Shown here: positions 37,955 through 47,496 of the stretch, piece by piece
Layout of the letters: the number at the start of each line of letters is the position of its first letter
Position numbering within the stretch: the first letter of the stretch is position 1
Origin: Candidatus Latescibacterota bacterium
GTDB taxonomy: Bacteria > Latescibacterota > UBA2968 > UBA8231
DNA length: 64,000 nucleotides
Assembly: GCA_965248355.1 (NCBI GenBank)
Contig: OZ252098.1
Span: 4,192,001-4,256,000, forward strand
Direction of reading: 5' to 3'
Position numbers and translations under genes: made by a program
The notes under the pieces: model-generated
What the model was told of the DNA's origin: nothing
Database searches by the model: none
What the model saw: the letters and a program-made list of their open reading frames with translations, nothing else

Positions 37955-38032
37955 GTACCTACCCCTGGTTAGTTTCGCGCCGCCATCCGATTCGAGAAGC
38001 TACGTCCAGGCCCGGGATCCCGGAAAACGCCC

Positions 38033-39304
38033 ATGCCCGCGCTGCACGAGTGCGATCCCGAGGTCGCCGGGATCATCGCCGCCGAGAACGCCCGCCAGCA
38101 CGCCAAGATCCGCCTGATCCCCTCGGAGAACTACGCCAGCCGGGCGGTGCTGGAAGCGACCGGCTCCATCCTGACCAACAAGTACTCCGAGGGTTACGCC
38201 GGCCAGCGCTACTACGAGGGCCAGCAGGAGATCGACCGGCTGGAGGAGCTGGCCGTGGAGCGGGCCCGGCAGCTCTTCGGCGCCGAGCACGTGAACGTGC
38301 AGCCCTACTCCGGCTCGCCGGCGAACCAGGCCGTCTACCTGGCGCTGGCCGATCCGGGCGACACCGTCATGGGCATGGCCCTCGACCAGGGCGGACACCT
38401 GACCCACGGCGCCGCCGTGAGCGTCTCCGGCCGGCACTACCAGGCGGTCCAGTACGGCGTCGATCCCGCCACGGGCCGCCTCGACTACGACGCCATCGAG
38501 GCCCTGGCCCTGCGGCACCGGCCGAAGCTGCTGTTCTGCGGCGCCACGGCCTATCCCCGGGTCATCGACTTCGAGCGCTTCGGGGCCATCGGCCGCCGCA
38601 CGGGGGCCGTGGTGGTGGCCGACATGGCCCACATCTGCGGGCTCGTGGCCGCCGGGGTGCACCCGAGCCCGGTGCCGCACGTGGACGTGGTGACCACCAC
38701 CACCCACAAGTCGCTGCGCGGCCCCCGGGGCGGCATGATCCTGTGCCGGAAGCCCTGCGCCGAGGTCCTGGACAAGGCCGTCTTCCCCGGCCTGCAGGGA
38801 GGCCCCCACAACCACACGACGGCGGCCATCGCCGTGGCCCTCAAGGAGGCCGGCACCGGGGAATTCCGGGCCTACGCGCAGGCCATCGTCGACAACGCCA
38901 GCGCCCTGGCGGAGGCCCTGGCCGGCCGCGGCTTCGACCTGGTCTCGGGGGGCACCGACAACCACCTGCTGCTCGTCGACCTGCGCGGCAAGGGGGTCAC
39001 CGGCTACCAGATGGCCAAGGCCCTGGACGCGGCCGGCATCGTCTGCAACTACAACCTGATCCCGGGGGACCCGAAGCCGGCGCGCCGGCCCAGCGGCATC
39101 CGCCTGGGGACGCCGGCCGTCACCAGCCGCGGTTTCGGCGGGCCCGAGATGGTGCAGCTGGCGGAGTGGATGGACCGCGTGGCCGGGATCCGCGCCGACG
39201 AGGGCCTCGACCGCAAGGCGCGCTCCGCCGCCTACCGGCGGATCGCCGGCGAGGTCCGCGACCTGTGCCGCCGCTTTCCCGCGCCCGGACTGGCACAGGT
39301 CTGA
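38033..39304 (+). CDS. glyA: Serine hydroxymethyltransferase
   Basis: LIPSENY, NKYSEGY, GGHLTHG, TTTTHKSLRGPRGG, GGTDNH, SGIRLGT. Confidence 0.98.
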   Translation: MPALHECDPEVAGIIAAENARQHAKIRLIPSENYASRAVLEATGSILTNKYSEGYAGQRYYEGQQEIDRLEELAVERARQLFGAEHVNVQPYSGSPANQAVYLALADPGDTVMGMALDQGGHLTHGAAVSVSGRHYQAVQYGVDPATGRLDYDAIEALALRHRPKLLFCGATAYPRVIDFERFGAIGRRTGAVVVADMAHICGLVAAGVHPSPVPHVDVVTTTTHKSLRGPRGGMILCRKPCAEVLDKAVFPGLQGGPHNHTTAAIAVALKEAGTGEFRAYAQAIVDNASALAEALAGRGFDLVSGGTDNHLLLVDLRGKGVTGYQMAKALDAAGIVCNYNLIPGDPKPARRPSGIRLGTPAVTSRGFGGPEMVQLAEWMDRVAGIRADEGLDRKARSAAYRRIAGEVRDLCRRFPAPGLAQV

Positions 39305-39308
39305 ACCC

Positions 39309-40400
39309 ATGAAGATCACCCGCGTCGTCGTCCACGTGGTCAACGTGCCCGAGACCCGCTGGTGGTGGTCGGACGACGAGCACGGACAGCCCGGCCACCA
39401 GCGCGACGAGCACGCCGTCGCCGAGGTCGAGACCGACCAGGGGCTCACCGGCCTGACCCAGATCGGCCGCTACACCACGCGGGAGGCGGTGGAGGAGGGC
39501 ATGAGGAGCTGGCTCGGCCAGGACGTGCTGGCCGTGAACCTGGCCGAGCCCTGGCCCCTGGCCTCGGCCTTCGAGCAGGCCGTCCTCGACCTGCGGGGCC
39601 AGGCCCTGGGCGTGCCCGTCCACCAGCTTCTCGGGGGCCGGCGGCGGGACCGCGTCCCGGTCACCATGTGCACCGGCTACAAGACGCCGGCCCACACCGC
39701 CGAGCAGGCGGCGCGGGGCTGGGAGCAGGGGTTCTGCTGGTACAAGATGAAGTGCTGCACGTCCCGCGACACCACGCCCGAGGCCCGTCTCCGCCACATC
39801 GTCGACCGCTGCCGGGCCATCCACGAAGCCGTCCCCGGCATGGGCATCCGCCCCGACATCCGCTGGCGCCTCGAGGAGGTGTGGGTGGCCCGGGAGCTGT
39901 CCCGCCGGCTGGAGGGGCTTCCCATGGAGTCGCTGGAGAGCCCCATCGCCAAGGCCGCCCACGGGGGGACCCATTCCGAGTGGCGGCGGCTGCGCTACTC
40001 CATCGGCCATCCGGTGGCCGACCACGTGGGCGGCGCCGCGGACCTGATCCAGCGCAGCCGGGCCGAAGCCCTGGACTACGCCATCCTCGGGGGCAGCCAC
40101 CTGGAGCTGCTCCGGCTGTCGGAGCTGTCCCATGAGCTCGGCCTGGGCGGGTGGTCCCAGTGCGTCGCCTACGGCCCCGGCGCCGCCATGGCCCTGCACG
40201 TGGCCGCCTGCATGGCCAACCTCACCCAGCCCTACGACATGGTCGGTCCCCTCGCCTGGGAGCACGACCTGACCAACGAGCCCTTCGAGCTGGTCGACGG
40301 AGGCCTCGTCGTCCCCTCGCGTCCGGGTCTGGGATTCACCCTCGACCACGGCGCGGTGGGCCGTTACCTCGTAAACCGATACGTGTACGAAAGGGAGTAG
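39309..40400 (+). CDS. Mandelate racemase/muconate lactonizing enzyme family protein (divergent)
   Basis: VETDQGLTG, DLRGQALGVPVHQLLGG, YKMK, PGLGFTLD. Confidence 0.85.
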   Translation: MKITRVVVHVVNVPETRWWWSDDEHGQPGHQRDEHAVAEVETDQGLTGLTQIGRYTTREAVEEGMRSWLGQDVLAVNLAEPWPLASAFEQAVLDLRGQALGVPVHQLLGGRRRDRVPVTMCTGYKTPAHTAEQAARGWEQGFCWYKMKCCTSRDTTPEARLRHIVDRCRAIHEAVPGMGIRPDIRWRLEEVWVARELSRRLEGLPMESLESPIAKAAHGGTHSEWRRLRYSIGHPVADHVGGAADLIQRSRAEALDYAILGGSHLELLRLSELSHELGLGGWSQCVAYGPGAAMALHVAACMANLTQPYDMVGPLAWEHDLTNEPFELVDGGLVVPSRPGLGFTLDHGAVGRYLVNRYVYERE

Positions 40401-40407
40401 AGATCCG

Positions 40408-41613
40408 ATGAGCGGCGTGTACCAGCGCTTCGGCGTGCGCACCATCATCAACGCCTCCGGACCGGCCACACGACTGAGCGGATCGATCATGGCGCCGGAG
40501 GTGGCCGAGGCCATGGCCGAGGCCGGGCGGTCGTGCGTCGACATCGCCGAGCTGCAGGCGGCGGCGAGCACCGTCATCGCCCGGCACACCGGCGCCGAGG
40601 CCGGGTACGTCACCAGCGGCGCCGCCGCCGGCCTGCTGCTGGGCACGGCGGCCTGCGTCACCGGCCTCGACCCGACCCGCATGAACCGGCTCCCCGACAC
40701 GACGGGCATGAAGCGCCGGGTGGTCATGGCCCGCAGCCACCGCAACTTCTACGACCACGCCGTGCGCTCCGTGGGCATCGAGCTGGTGGAGATCGGCATC
40801 GCCGACCGCTTCAGCGGCGCCGGCGTGCGCGACGCCGAGCCGTGGGAGTACGCCGCCGCCATCGACGAGGAGACGGCGGCCGTCGTCTACGTCGCCTATG
40901 CCCACACCCAGCCGGAGCTGTCCGCCGTGGCCGAGGTCGCCCACGCCGCCTCGGTGCCCGTCATCGTCGACGCCGCCGGACAGCTGCCCCCGGCCTCCAA
41001 CCTCAAGCGCTTCCTCTCCGAGGGCGCCGACCTCGTCGCCTTCTCGGGCGGCAAGGCGATCGCCGGCCCCCAGTCCTCCGGCATCCTGGCCGGCCGCCGG
41101 GAGCTGATCCAGGCCGCCGCCCTGCAGCACCTCGACCTCGACATCCTCTGGGACCAGTGGAACCCGCCGGCGGGCCTGATCGACAAGAGCCGCCTGCCCG
41201 GGGCGCCCCACCACGGCATCGGCCGGCCCTGCAAGGTCGGCAAGGAGGAGATCGTCGGCCTCTTGACGGCGCTGGAGCGCTTCGTGGAAGAGGGCGACGA
41301 GGCGAGGCGCGCCCGCTGGCTCGAGCACATGAGGCAGCTGGCCGAGGCCGCCGGCTCGATGGCGGGCGCCGAAGTCGAGTTGCGCGACGACCCCAAGCGG
41401 GTGGCGATCCCCGCCGTGCACGTGCAGATCGACGAGGCCGCCTGCGGCATGACCGCCCTCGACGTCGTGCGCGCCCTGCAGGACGGGGACCCGAGCGTGC
41501 ACGCCAACCCCAGCCACGTGCGCGAGGGCGTCGTCGCCTTCGGCCCCATGTGCCTGAAGGAGGGGGAGCCGGAGGTGGTCGGCCGGCGACTGCGCGAGGT
41601 GCTGGGGGGCTAA
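40408..41613 (+). CDS. SelA/DgaE-like PLP-dependent enzyme
   Basis: IINASG..T.LSGS, VIVDAAG, FSGGKAIAGPQSSG (PLP Lys), IGRPCKVGKEEIVGL. Confidence 0.85.
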   Translation: MSGVYQRFGVRTIINASGPATRLSGSIMAPEVAEAMAEAGRSCVDIAELQAAASTVIARHTGAEAGYVTSGAAAGLLLGTAACVTGLDPTRMNRLPDTTGMKRRVVMARSHRNFYDHAVRSVGIELVEIGIADRFSGAGVRDAEPWEYAAAIDEETAAVVYVAYAHTQPELSAVAEVAHAASVPVIVDAAGQLPPASNLKRFLSEGADLVAFSGGKAIAGPQSSGILAGRRELIQAAALQHLDLDILWDQWNPPAGLIDKSRLPGAPHHGIGRPCKVGKEEIVGLLTALERFVEEGDEARRARWLEHMRQLAEAAGSMAGAEVELRDDPKRVAIPAVHVQIDEAACGMTALDVVRALQDGDPSVHANPSHVREGVVAFGPMCLKEGEPEVVGRRLREVLGG

Positions 41614-41661
41614 GAGACCTGAAGCCTTAGCGAGGTGTGATCTGGAAGCCGCTGGGTGCCC

Positions 41662-42159
41662 ATGTCTTCCTTACTGAATGAGCCAGAGCGAAAAGAAGCG
41701 CTGTCACGGGCCTATGTGCACGCCGTCGCTGCGCGGGCAGGTTATATTACAGCCGTCTACGGAGAGGATCGGGACGGTATCGATCTTCGTATTCAAGCGG
41801 GTGGTGCGATGCGTCCCGCGCTTGAATTGCAGTTGAAAGCGACCGTAAACTTGGGTGAAGTAAAGGATGGCTGTTTTCATTTCCCACTGAAGCGCAGGAA
41901 TTACGACTTGCTTCGTATCGAAACGCAGACGCCCAGACTGCTTGTAGTGCTTGATCTGCCGAAGGATGAGAGAAAGTGGGTGACGATCACCGAGGATGAG
42001 CTTGTGATGAGGCGTCGGGCCTATTGGTTGAACCTAAAGGGTTTTGAGGAGACGGAAAATCGATCGTCCGTCACGGTCCGAATTCCGGCAGGTAACCTGT
42101 TTGACGTCGCGAAGCTGAATACGCTGATGGAGCAGTCAAGAGAAGGGAGAATCCAATGA
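41662..42159 (+). CDS. DUF4365-like (PD-(D/E)xK fold) protein
   Basis: EALSRAYVHAVAA, DRDGIDL, LELQLKAT, NYDLLR, AYWLNL; lower GC. Confidence 0.75.
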   Translation: MSSLLNEPERKEALSRAYVHAVAARAGYITAVYGEDRDGIDLRIQAGGAMRPALELQLKATVNLGEVKDGCFHFPLKRRNYDLLRIETQTPRLLVVLDLPKDERKWVTITEDELVMRRRAYWLNLKGFEETENRSSVTVRIPAGNLFDVAKLNTLMEQSREGRIQ

Positions 42160-43316
42160 GGGTAAGCATCTGGGACAAAGAACCCTTGCTTGAAATTTCG
42201 CCTGCGGCCTTGTCTGCCTACGCTCGTTCTGCGGGTTGGAGAAGGACGGACAGCTATGGCAACTCGTCAGATGTTTATGTATCTGAGGAGCGACCAGAGA
42301 TCATCTTGCCTCGGACCCAACGGTTGGGTGATTACGCCAATGTTGTATCTCAATTGATCGAGATATTCGCGGAGGCGGCCGATACCGACGAGCTTTCGCT
42401 CTATCGCGACTTGGTTACAGCGGATCGGGATGTAATTCGCGTGCGAGCCTCGGAAGACAACGATGGCGCGGTTCGAATAAGCGATGGGATCGACCTTGTG
42501 TGCGGAGCGCACGATATGGTCTTGGCTGCAGTCTGTTCGCTAGGTGCACCGCGACCCGTATATCGCGCGGGTGCCAATAAGGAGGCCATGGACTATGTGG
42601 GCAATATCCGCATGGGGCAGACCGAGCAGGGCAGCTTCGTGGTCACTCTGTTGACCCCTGTTGTTTGTCCGCCCATGCAAGAGGTCCTCTGGTCAGACGT
42701 GGCGCGGAACGACGATCCAATTGAGCGGCAGATGACAAAGCGTCTAGCTTCTGCTCTGCGAGCTACCCGGGAAGCGGCTGAAAGAGTGGTGGGGGGGGAC
42801 GCCGACGCGTTCTCGGAGGCCGTGGAAAGGGGCGCAAGCGCCAATTTGTGCGAAGCGCTGGTGAGGTTGATCGAGCCATTTCCAACATTGGATGTCAGTC
42901 TGACGTGGGCCCGAACGCATCCGATGAACAGGGTCCGGGATGTAGTTCGCTTTGGCAAGGGAGACGCTCCGATTCTGCGTGAGGCCGCGCGGCTGTTTCG
43001 TGATCGGAGTCCGCGAGCGGATGTCCATGTCGTTGGCTTTGTGCACAGGCTGAAGCGGGAGGAGGGGGAAGTGGATGGGAGTATCACCTTGCGAGCATAC
43101 ATTGACGGCGAGCAGGGACAGGAGTTGTCAGTTTCGGCCGTCTTGTCCCAAGAAGACTACGAGCGCGCCATCCAGGCACACAAGGAAAGGGCGCTGGTTG
43201 TCGCACAGGGTGACCTGGAGAGATACGGTCAGCGCTGGAGGCTGCTCAATCCTCGCATTGAGGCCCTTGTCCCTGTGCCAGAAGAGACAGAAGAGACAGC
43301 GGAGGAAGAAGATTAG
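42156..43316 (+). CDS. Hypothetical protein translationally coupled to the DUF4365-like gene
   Basis: ATGA overlap; MGQTEQGSFVV, GASANLCEAL; C-terminal OB-fold-like strands. Confidence 0.75.
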   Translation: MRVSIWDKEPLLEISPAALSAYARSAGWRRTDSYGNSSDVYVSEERPEIILPRTQRLGDYANVVSQLIEIFAEAADTDELSLYRDLVTADRDVIRVRASEDNDGAVRISDGIDLVCGAHDMVLAAVCSLGAPRPVYRAGANKEAMDYVGNIRMGQTEQGSFVVTLLTPVVCPPMQEVLWSDVARNDDPIERQMTKRLASALRATREAAERVVGGDADAFSEAVERGASANLCEALVRLIEPFPTLDVSLTWARTHPMNRVRDVVRFGKGDAPILREAARLFRDRSPRADVHVVGFVHRLKREEGEVDGSITLRAYIDGEQGQELSVSAVLSQEDYERAIQAHKERALVVAQGDLERYGQRWRLLNPRIEALVPVPEETEETAEEED

Positions 43317-43665
43317 TGATCGATCCCATCCCTTCGTTGCCATTTTCGATTGAGGCTCCCTGACGTTCGCTGTTTTGGACTGAGGGCGTCAGTGCGCCAA
43401 GGAGCCCGGGAGTCAGCCAGCCCTGGGCACTGTCTTCAGCGACATCGTCGATCTCATGCAGGGCGTCTCCGAAGGAGATCGTCCGGCGTCAGTTAATGCA
43501 GTTCAAGCTCGTGCATCCGGAGTACGAGGAAGGTGAGGGCCATGTCGCCGCGCGGGCATGGTCGTCACCTGAAGCACATCGGTTGTAAGGCTGATAACCC
43601 CGCGTTCGGGATGGTTCCACGGAGCGCGGGGTTTCGCATTGTGGCCGAAACCGGAGGAGCCCGGC

Positions 43666-44994
43666 GTGATTATCGTCGAGGGATACACCGATCAGCTGAG
43701 CTACCAGGCGGGCGACACAGTGCGCTTCCACGTGTCCACCAGCGCGCAGGCGTATGCGCTGGAAGTGGCGCGGACAGGTGCCGGCCGCGAGGTCGTATGG
43801 CGGCAGGACCTGCCCGGAGCGAACCATCCGGTCCCTGAAGACGCCTCCTCCCATGGCTGCCGCTGGCCGGTCTCCCACTCCCTGGAAGTGCCGGCCGCCT
43901 GGCGCAGCGGCTACTACGAGTTCGCCCTGCGCGCCGAGGACGAGGGCGGCAAGTTCGTGCGCCGCGGGCGGCGCACGGCCGAGAGCCGGGGCTTCTTCAT
44001 CGTCCGTCCCTCGGGCCCCACCGACGCCCGCATCCTCCTCCAGCTGGCTACCAATACCTACAGCGCCTACAACAACTGGGGCGGGTACAGCCTCTACGCC
44101 TATCACGGCCGCGGCGGGCTGCAGGGGCATCGGGTCTCCTTCGACCGGCCGCTGGCCGGGCTCTTCGACCGCTGGGAGCGGGACTTCGTCGAGTGGGCGG
44201 AGGCCGCCGGATACGTCCTCGACTACTGCGCCAACTCCGATCTCGAACGCCACCCCGAGCTGCTGAACGACTACCGCCTCGTGCTCAGCGTGGGGCACGA
44301 CGAGTACTGGTCCGGACCCATGCGCGATCACCTCGAGGCCTACATCGCCGCCGGGGGCAACGCCGCCTTCTTCAGCGGCAACTCCGTGTGCTGGCAGGTG
44401 CGCGGCGAGGACGAGGGCCGCGCCCTCGTGTGCTGGAAGCAGCAGTTCAACATGGATCCGGCCTGGGCCGCCGGGGACCACGCGAGCCTGTCAACCCTGT
44501 GGAGTCACCACCTCGTGGGCCGGCCGGAGAACGAGCTGACCGGGGTCGGCTTCCTCTACGGCGGGTATCACCTGAGCCACGAGCAGTACATGGACGGGTC
44601 CGGGGCGTTCACCGTCCATCGCCCGGAGCACTGGGTCCTGGCGGGCACGGGCCTGCGGCGCGGCGACAGCTTCGGCGGCGAGCACACCATCGTCGGCTAT
44701 GAGTGCGACGGCTGCGAGTACGTGATGGAAGACGGCCTGCCGGTGCCCAGGGGGACCCATGGCACGCCGGCGGACTTCACCATCCTGTGCACGGCGCCGG
44801 CTCGGTGGCACCCCGACGACAGCGAGTGGTACGAGCGCTGGGAGAAGGGCCGGGAGGGGGCCGCGGTCATGGGCCTGTACACCCGGGGCGGCATTGTCTT
44901 CACCGCCGGGACGACCGACTGGTCCCACGGCCTCAAGGGTGACGAGGCCGTCGCCCGGATCACCCGCAATGTCCTGGATCGGTTGAGCCGGTAG
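43666..44994 (+). CDS. N,N-dimethylformamidase beta-subunit-like protein
   Basis: EGYTDQLSY, TNTYSAYNNWGGYSLY, VSFDRP, SVGHDEYWS, FFSGN, GYECDG. Confidence 0.85.
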   Translation: MIIVEGYTDQLSYQAGDTVRFHVSTSAQAYALEVARTGAGREVVWRQDLPGANHPVPEDASSHGCRWPVSHSLEVPAAWRSGYYEFALRAEDEGGKFVRRGRRTAESRGFFIVRPSGPTDARILLQLATNTYSAYNNWGGYSLYAYHGRGGLQGHRVSFDRPLAGLFDRWERDFVEWAEAAGYVLDYCANSDLERHPELLNDYRLVLSVGHDEYWSGPMRDHLEAYIAAGGNAAFFSGNSVCWQVRGEDEGRALVCWKQQFNMDPAWAAGDHASLSTLWSHHLVGRPENELTGVGFLYGGYHLSHEQYMDGSGAFTVHRPEHWVLAGTGLRRGDSFGGEHTIVGYECDGCEYVMEDGLPVPRGTHGTPADFTILCTAPARWHPDDSEWYERWEKGREGAAVMGLYTRGGIVFTAGTTDWSHGLKGDEAVARITRNVLDRLSR

Positions 44995-45031
44995 TGGGCG
45001 GGACTCCTACGGCCGTTACGGTCTGACGGTT

Positions 45032-45751
45032 CTACAGCAGGTCCCGGGAACGGAACCGCCACAGCGCCAGCAGCAGGAAGATGACGGTAACATCCAGTGC
45101 GTAGAGAGTGAGGATGAGGAGATCCTCCAGGGGGATCGGCCGATTCTGCAGGAGGTCGACACCAAAGCGGTCGTAGCTCGGAAGGATGAAGTAGAGGGGG
45201 TTGGGCGGTGAGAACAGGCGGGCGCTGGCGAGGAAGGCGGCCACTCCGGCGAGGGCTGGATGCATCAGGAGGGAGAGCAGCAGGGCCGCGGAGCCCAGCA
45301 TGAGGTTCTCGCAGAACATCAGCCAGGGAGCACATGCGGCGGCCAGTGTCGGATTCTCACCACGACCGAGCGTGTAGATCACGAAGGCGATTCCCGCCGC
45401 CAGGGAATAGGCGAAGATCGCCGCTGCGGCGGCGCAGAACTTCCCCAGAAGGAACTGGGACCGGGACACGGGACCGGAGAGGATCTGTCGGATGGTGCCC
45501 CGGCGGATGTCGGCGGCCACGGCGGAGCAGCAGATCAGCAGGGTGACCAGGTTGCCGACGTGGGTTGTGAGCGCGCTGAGCGCCGCCAGGATGATGGTTT
45601 CCACATCGAACGTGGACGGATCCGTCGGAGTGAGGGCCACCGAGAAGAGCGAGGCCAGTACCGGCAGGCCGAGGAGGAGAGCCAGGAGCAGGCGATTGTG
45701 CGCCACCAGGGCGCGAAGGCTGTCGCCGGCGATCCTGAGGATGGGGCTCAC
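45032..45751 (-). CDS. ABC-2 type transporter permease subunit
   Basis: DIRRGTIRQILSGPVSRSQFLLGKF, about 6 TM segments, FRSRDL C-terminus. Confidence 0.8.
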   Translation of the reverse strand: MSPILRIAGDSLRALVAHNRLLLALLLGLPVLASLFSVALTPTDPSTFDVETIILAALSALTTHVGNLVTLLICCSAVAADIRRGTIRQILSGPVSRSQFLLGKFCAAAAAIFAYSLAAGIAFVIYTLGRGENPTLAAACAPWLMFCENLMLGSAALLLSLLMHPALAGVAAFLASARLFSPPNPLYFILPSYDRFGVDLLQNRPIPLEDLLILTLYALDVTVIFLLLALWRFRSRDLL

Positions 45752-46329
45752 TGCCTCTCCTGCGACAGGGCCTCCTGCGGCGGGGCCTCCTGGGTCAGGC
45801 GCTCCAGCAGCCGGCGCAGATCATGCTTCATGCCCGGACTGTAACCGACCTGGATCGACTCCAGGAGGCCCTCCCGGTTCACCACTACCTGGGCGGGAAT
45901 GCCGCTGACTCCGAAGAGACCGCCGATGGCCAGGTCCTGATCCGCCACGACGGGGAAGGTGTACCCGTTCTCTTCCAGGAAGCCCTGGATCTGCTCGCGG
46001 CCCTCCCCCAGGTTGACGGCCAGGACCTCCACGCCCCGTCCGCTGAACTCCTCGTAGACCTCCTGCAACCCCGGCATGGCCAGCAGGCAGGGCCCGCACC
46101 AGGTGGCCCAGAAGTCCACCACCACCACCTTGTGGTCGAGGAGCTCCGAGAGGGTGACCTGACGGCCCTGCAGGTCGGTGGCGCTGAAGTCGGGCGACTC
46201 GCTTCCCACCTCGAGGTTGCCGAGCCGGCCGGCCATCGCCGATCCGGCGCCGACTCCCTCGATCTTGACCTGGTGGTGGATCGCCACGCTGCCGATGGCG
46301 AAGAGAATCCCGACCACGATCCACATCAT
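45748..46329 (-). CDS. TlpA/ResA-like thiol-disulfide oxidoreductase
   Basis: N-terminal TM anchor, PDFSATDLQG, DFWATWCGPC. Confidence 0.9.
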   Translation of the reverse strand: MMWIVVGILFAIGSVAIHHQVKIEGVGAGSAMAGRLGNLEVGSESPDFSATDLQGRQVTLSELLDHKVVVVDFWATWCGPCLLAMPGLQEVYEEFSGRGVEVLAVNLGEGREQIQGFLEENGYTFPVVADQDLAIGGLFGVSGIPAQVVVNREGLLESIQVGYSPGMKHDLRRLLERLTQEAPPQEALSQERQ

Positions 46330-46344
46330 GGTTCTGCCATTCCC

Positions 46345-46620
46345 CTTCCCTGCCATCCGAGGCGCACCTCGTAGGGGTTGTTCTCCACGTCCATGTCCTG
46401 GCCGTAGGAGAGGATTCCCGCCTCCAGCCGGCGGATGTGGCTCGGCGCGATGACGCCCAGGTTGAACTCCCGCCCCTGCTCCAGGATGCACGGCCAGACG
46501 TCATCGGCGTGGAGCATGGCGTCGTGGAGGTAGATCTCGAACCCCACCACGCGCAGCAGCACCGGGTCGTTGATCAGGCCGCCGTACTGGTTGCAGAGGA
46601 TCACGTAGCGGGCCTGCATG
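46345..46620 (-). pseudogene. GcvT/DmdA-like aminomethyltransferase remnant
   Basis: YVILCNQYGGLINDPVLLR joined directly to GFEIYL...HIRRLEAGILSYGQDMD...NPYEV. Confidence 0.7.
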
Positions 46621-47301
46621 GGCCTCAGCAGGCTGTGGCCTTCGGGGTCGTACAGAGGCTCCTCTGCAACCGTCGCCGCCAGGCGCTCCCCGAAGTATAG
46701 CACCTCGACCCTCGTCCCGACCCTGGTGTACGGGACCGGCAGGTAGCCGTAGACGATGCTGCGGCCGATGCAGGTCCCGCGGGCTGGCGAGTTGCTGGCG
46801 CGGATGGATGATGTCGTAGACCTCGCGGTACTGCTGCGCCGCCCGGGCCCGCACGTAGGGGCGCGTGTACGAGTGAGGGTGGAAGCGCCGGATGTCGCAC
46901 TCCCGCAGGTCGAGGGTCGGTTCGCCGTTGACCAGCCACTCCCCCACCTGGCGGAAGTACATGGCCTCGTCCTGGTGGCGCAGGATCGGCTGGGTGATCT
47001 CCCCGTCCGCGCCGGCCAGCTCCGGGAGCGGTGTCGTGACGGCATAGAGGTGCTGCATCGGCGACAGCGGAATGGGGACTCCGGCCAGCCCGCCCAGCTT
47101 GGGAGCCCAGATCCCGGCGGCGGCCACCACGACCTCCGTCCGGATCTCTCCATGATTGGTATGGACAGCGGTGATCCGCCCGCCGGCGATGTCGAAGCCG
47201 GTGATCTTCACGCCGCCGTGGAAGGTGGCACCGCTGCGCTCGGCCTGCCGGGCCATCGCCTCGGCCGGGCTGAGCAGATGGGCCTCGAGGCCCCAGCTCA
47301 T
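46620..47301 (-). pseudogene. FAD-dependent oxidoreductase/GcvT fusion (dimethylglycine dehydrogenase-like) remnant with multiple internal deletions
   Basis: VVVAAAGIWA, PMQHLY, LRHQD..MYFRQ, EWLVNGEP..D...DIRRF, YREVYDIIHP, YGYLP...EPLYDPEG. Confidence 0.8.
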
Positions 47302-47496
47302 GGCGTACCCGGCCCGGGAGGGGGGTGGACATTCCCGGATCTCCAGATCAATCGGAGGCTTGTTCGAGTCCGGTGTTGCTTTACGAGCGGCACCGGGCTT
47401 TTCATACGCCTGAACACCTCGCCCTGAATACTATGGGTCGGGGTCTGGCAGCGCGACGGGACTCAAGATTCCAGGCCGAGCCAAACAGGAGACGAA

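Noticed and set aside
40408..41613. Bona fide selA (selenocysteine synthase)
   Set aside because: Shorter protein with DgaE-like motifs, and no selB/selC/selD nearby
43320..43640. Possible gene fragment or RNA element after the DUF4365-like pair
   Set aside because: Short protein-like stretches but no recognisable motif, start or stable structure
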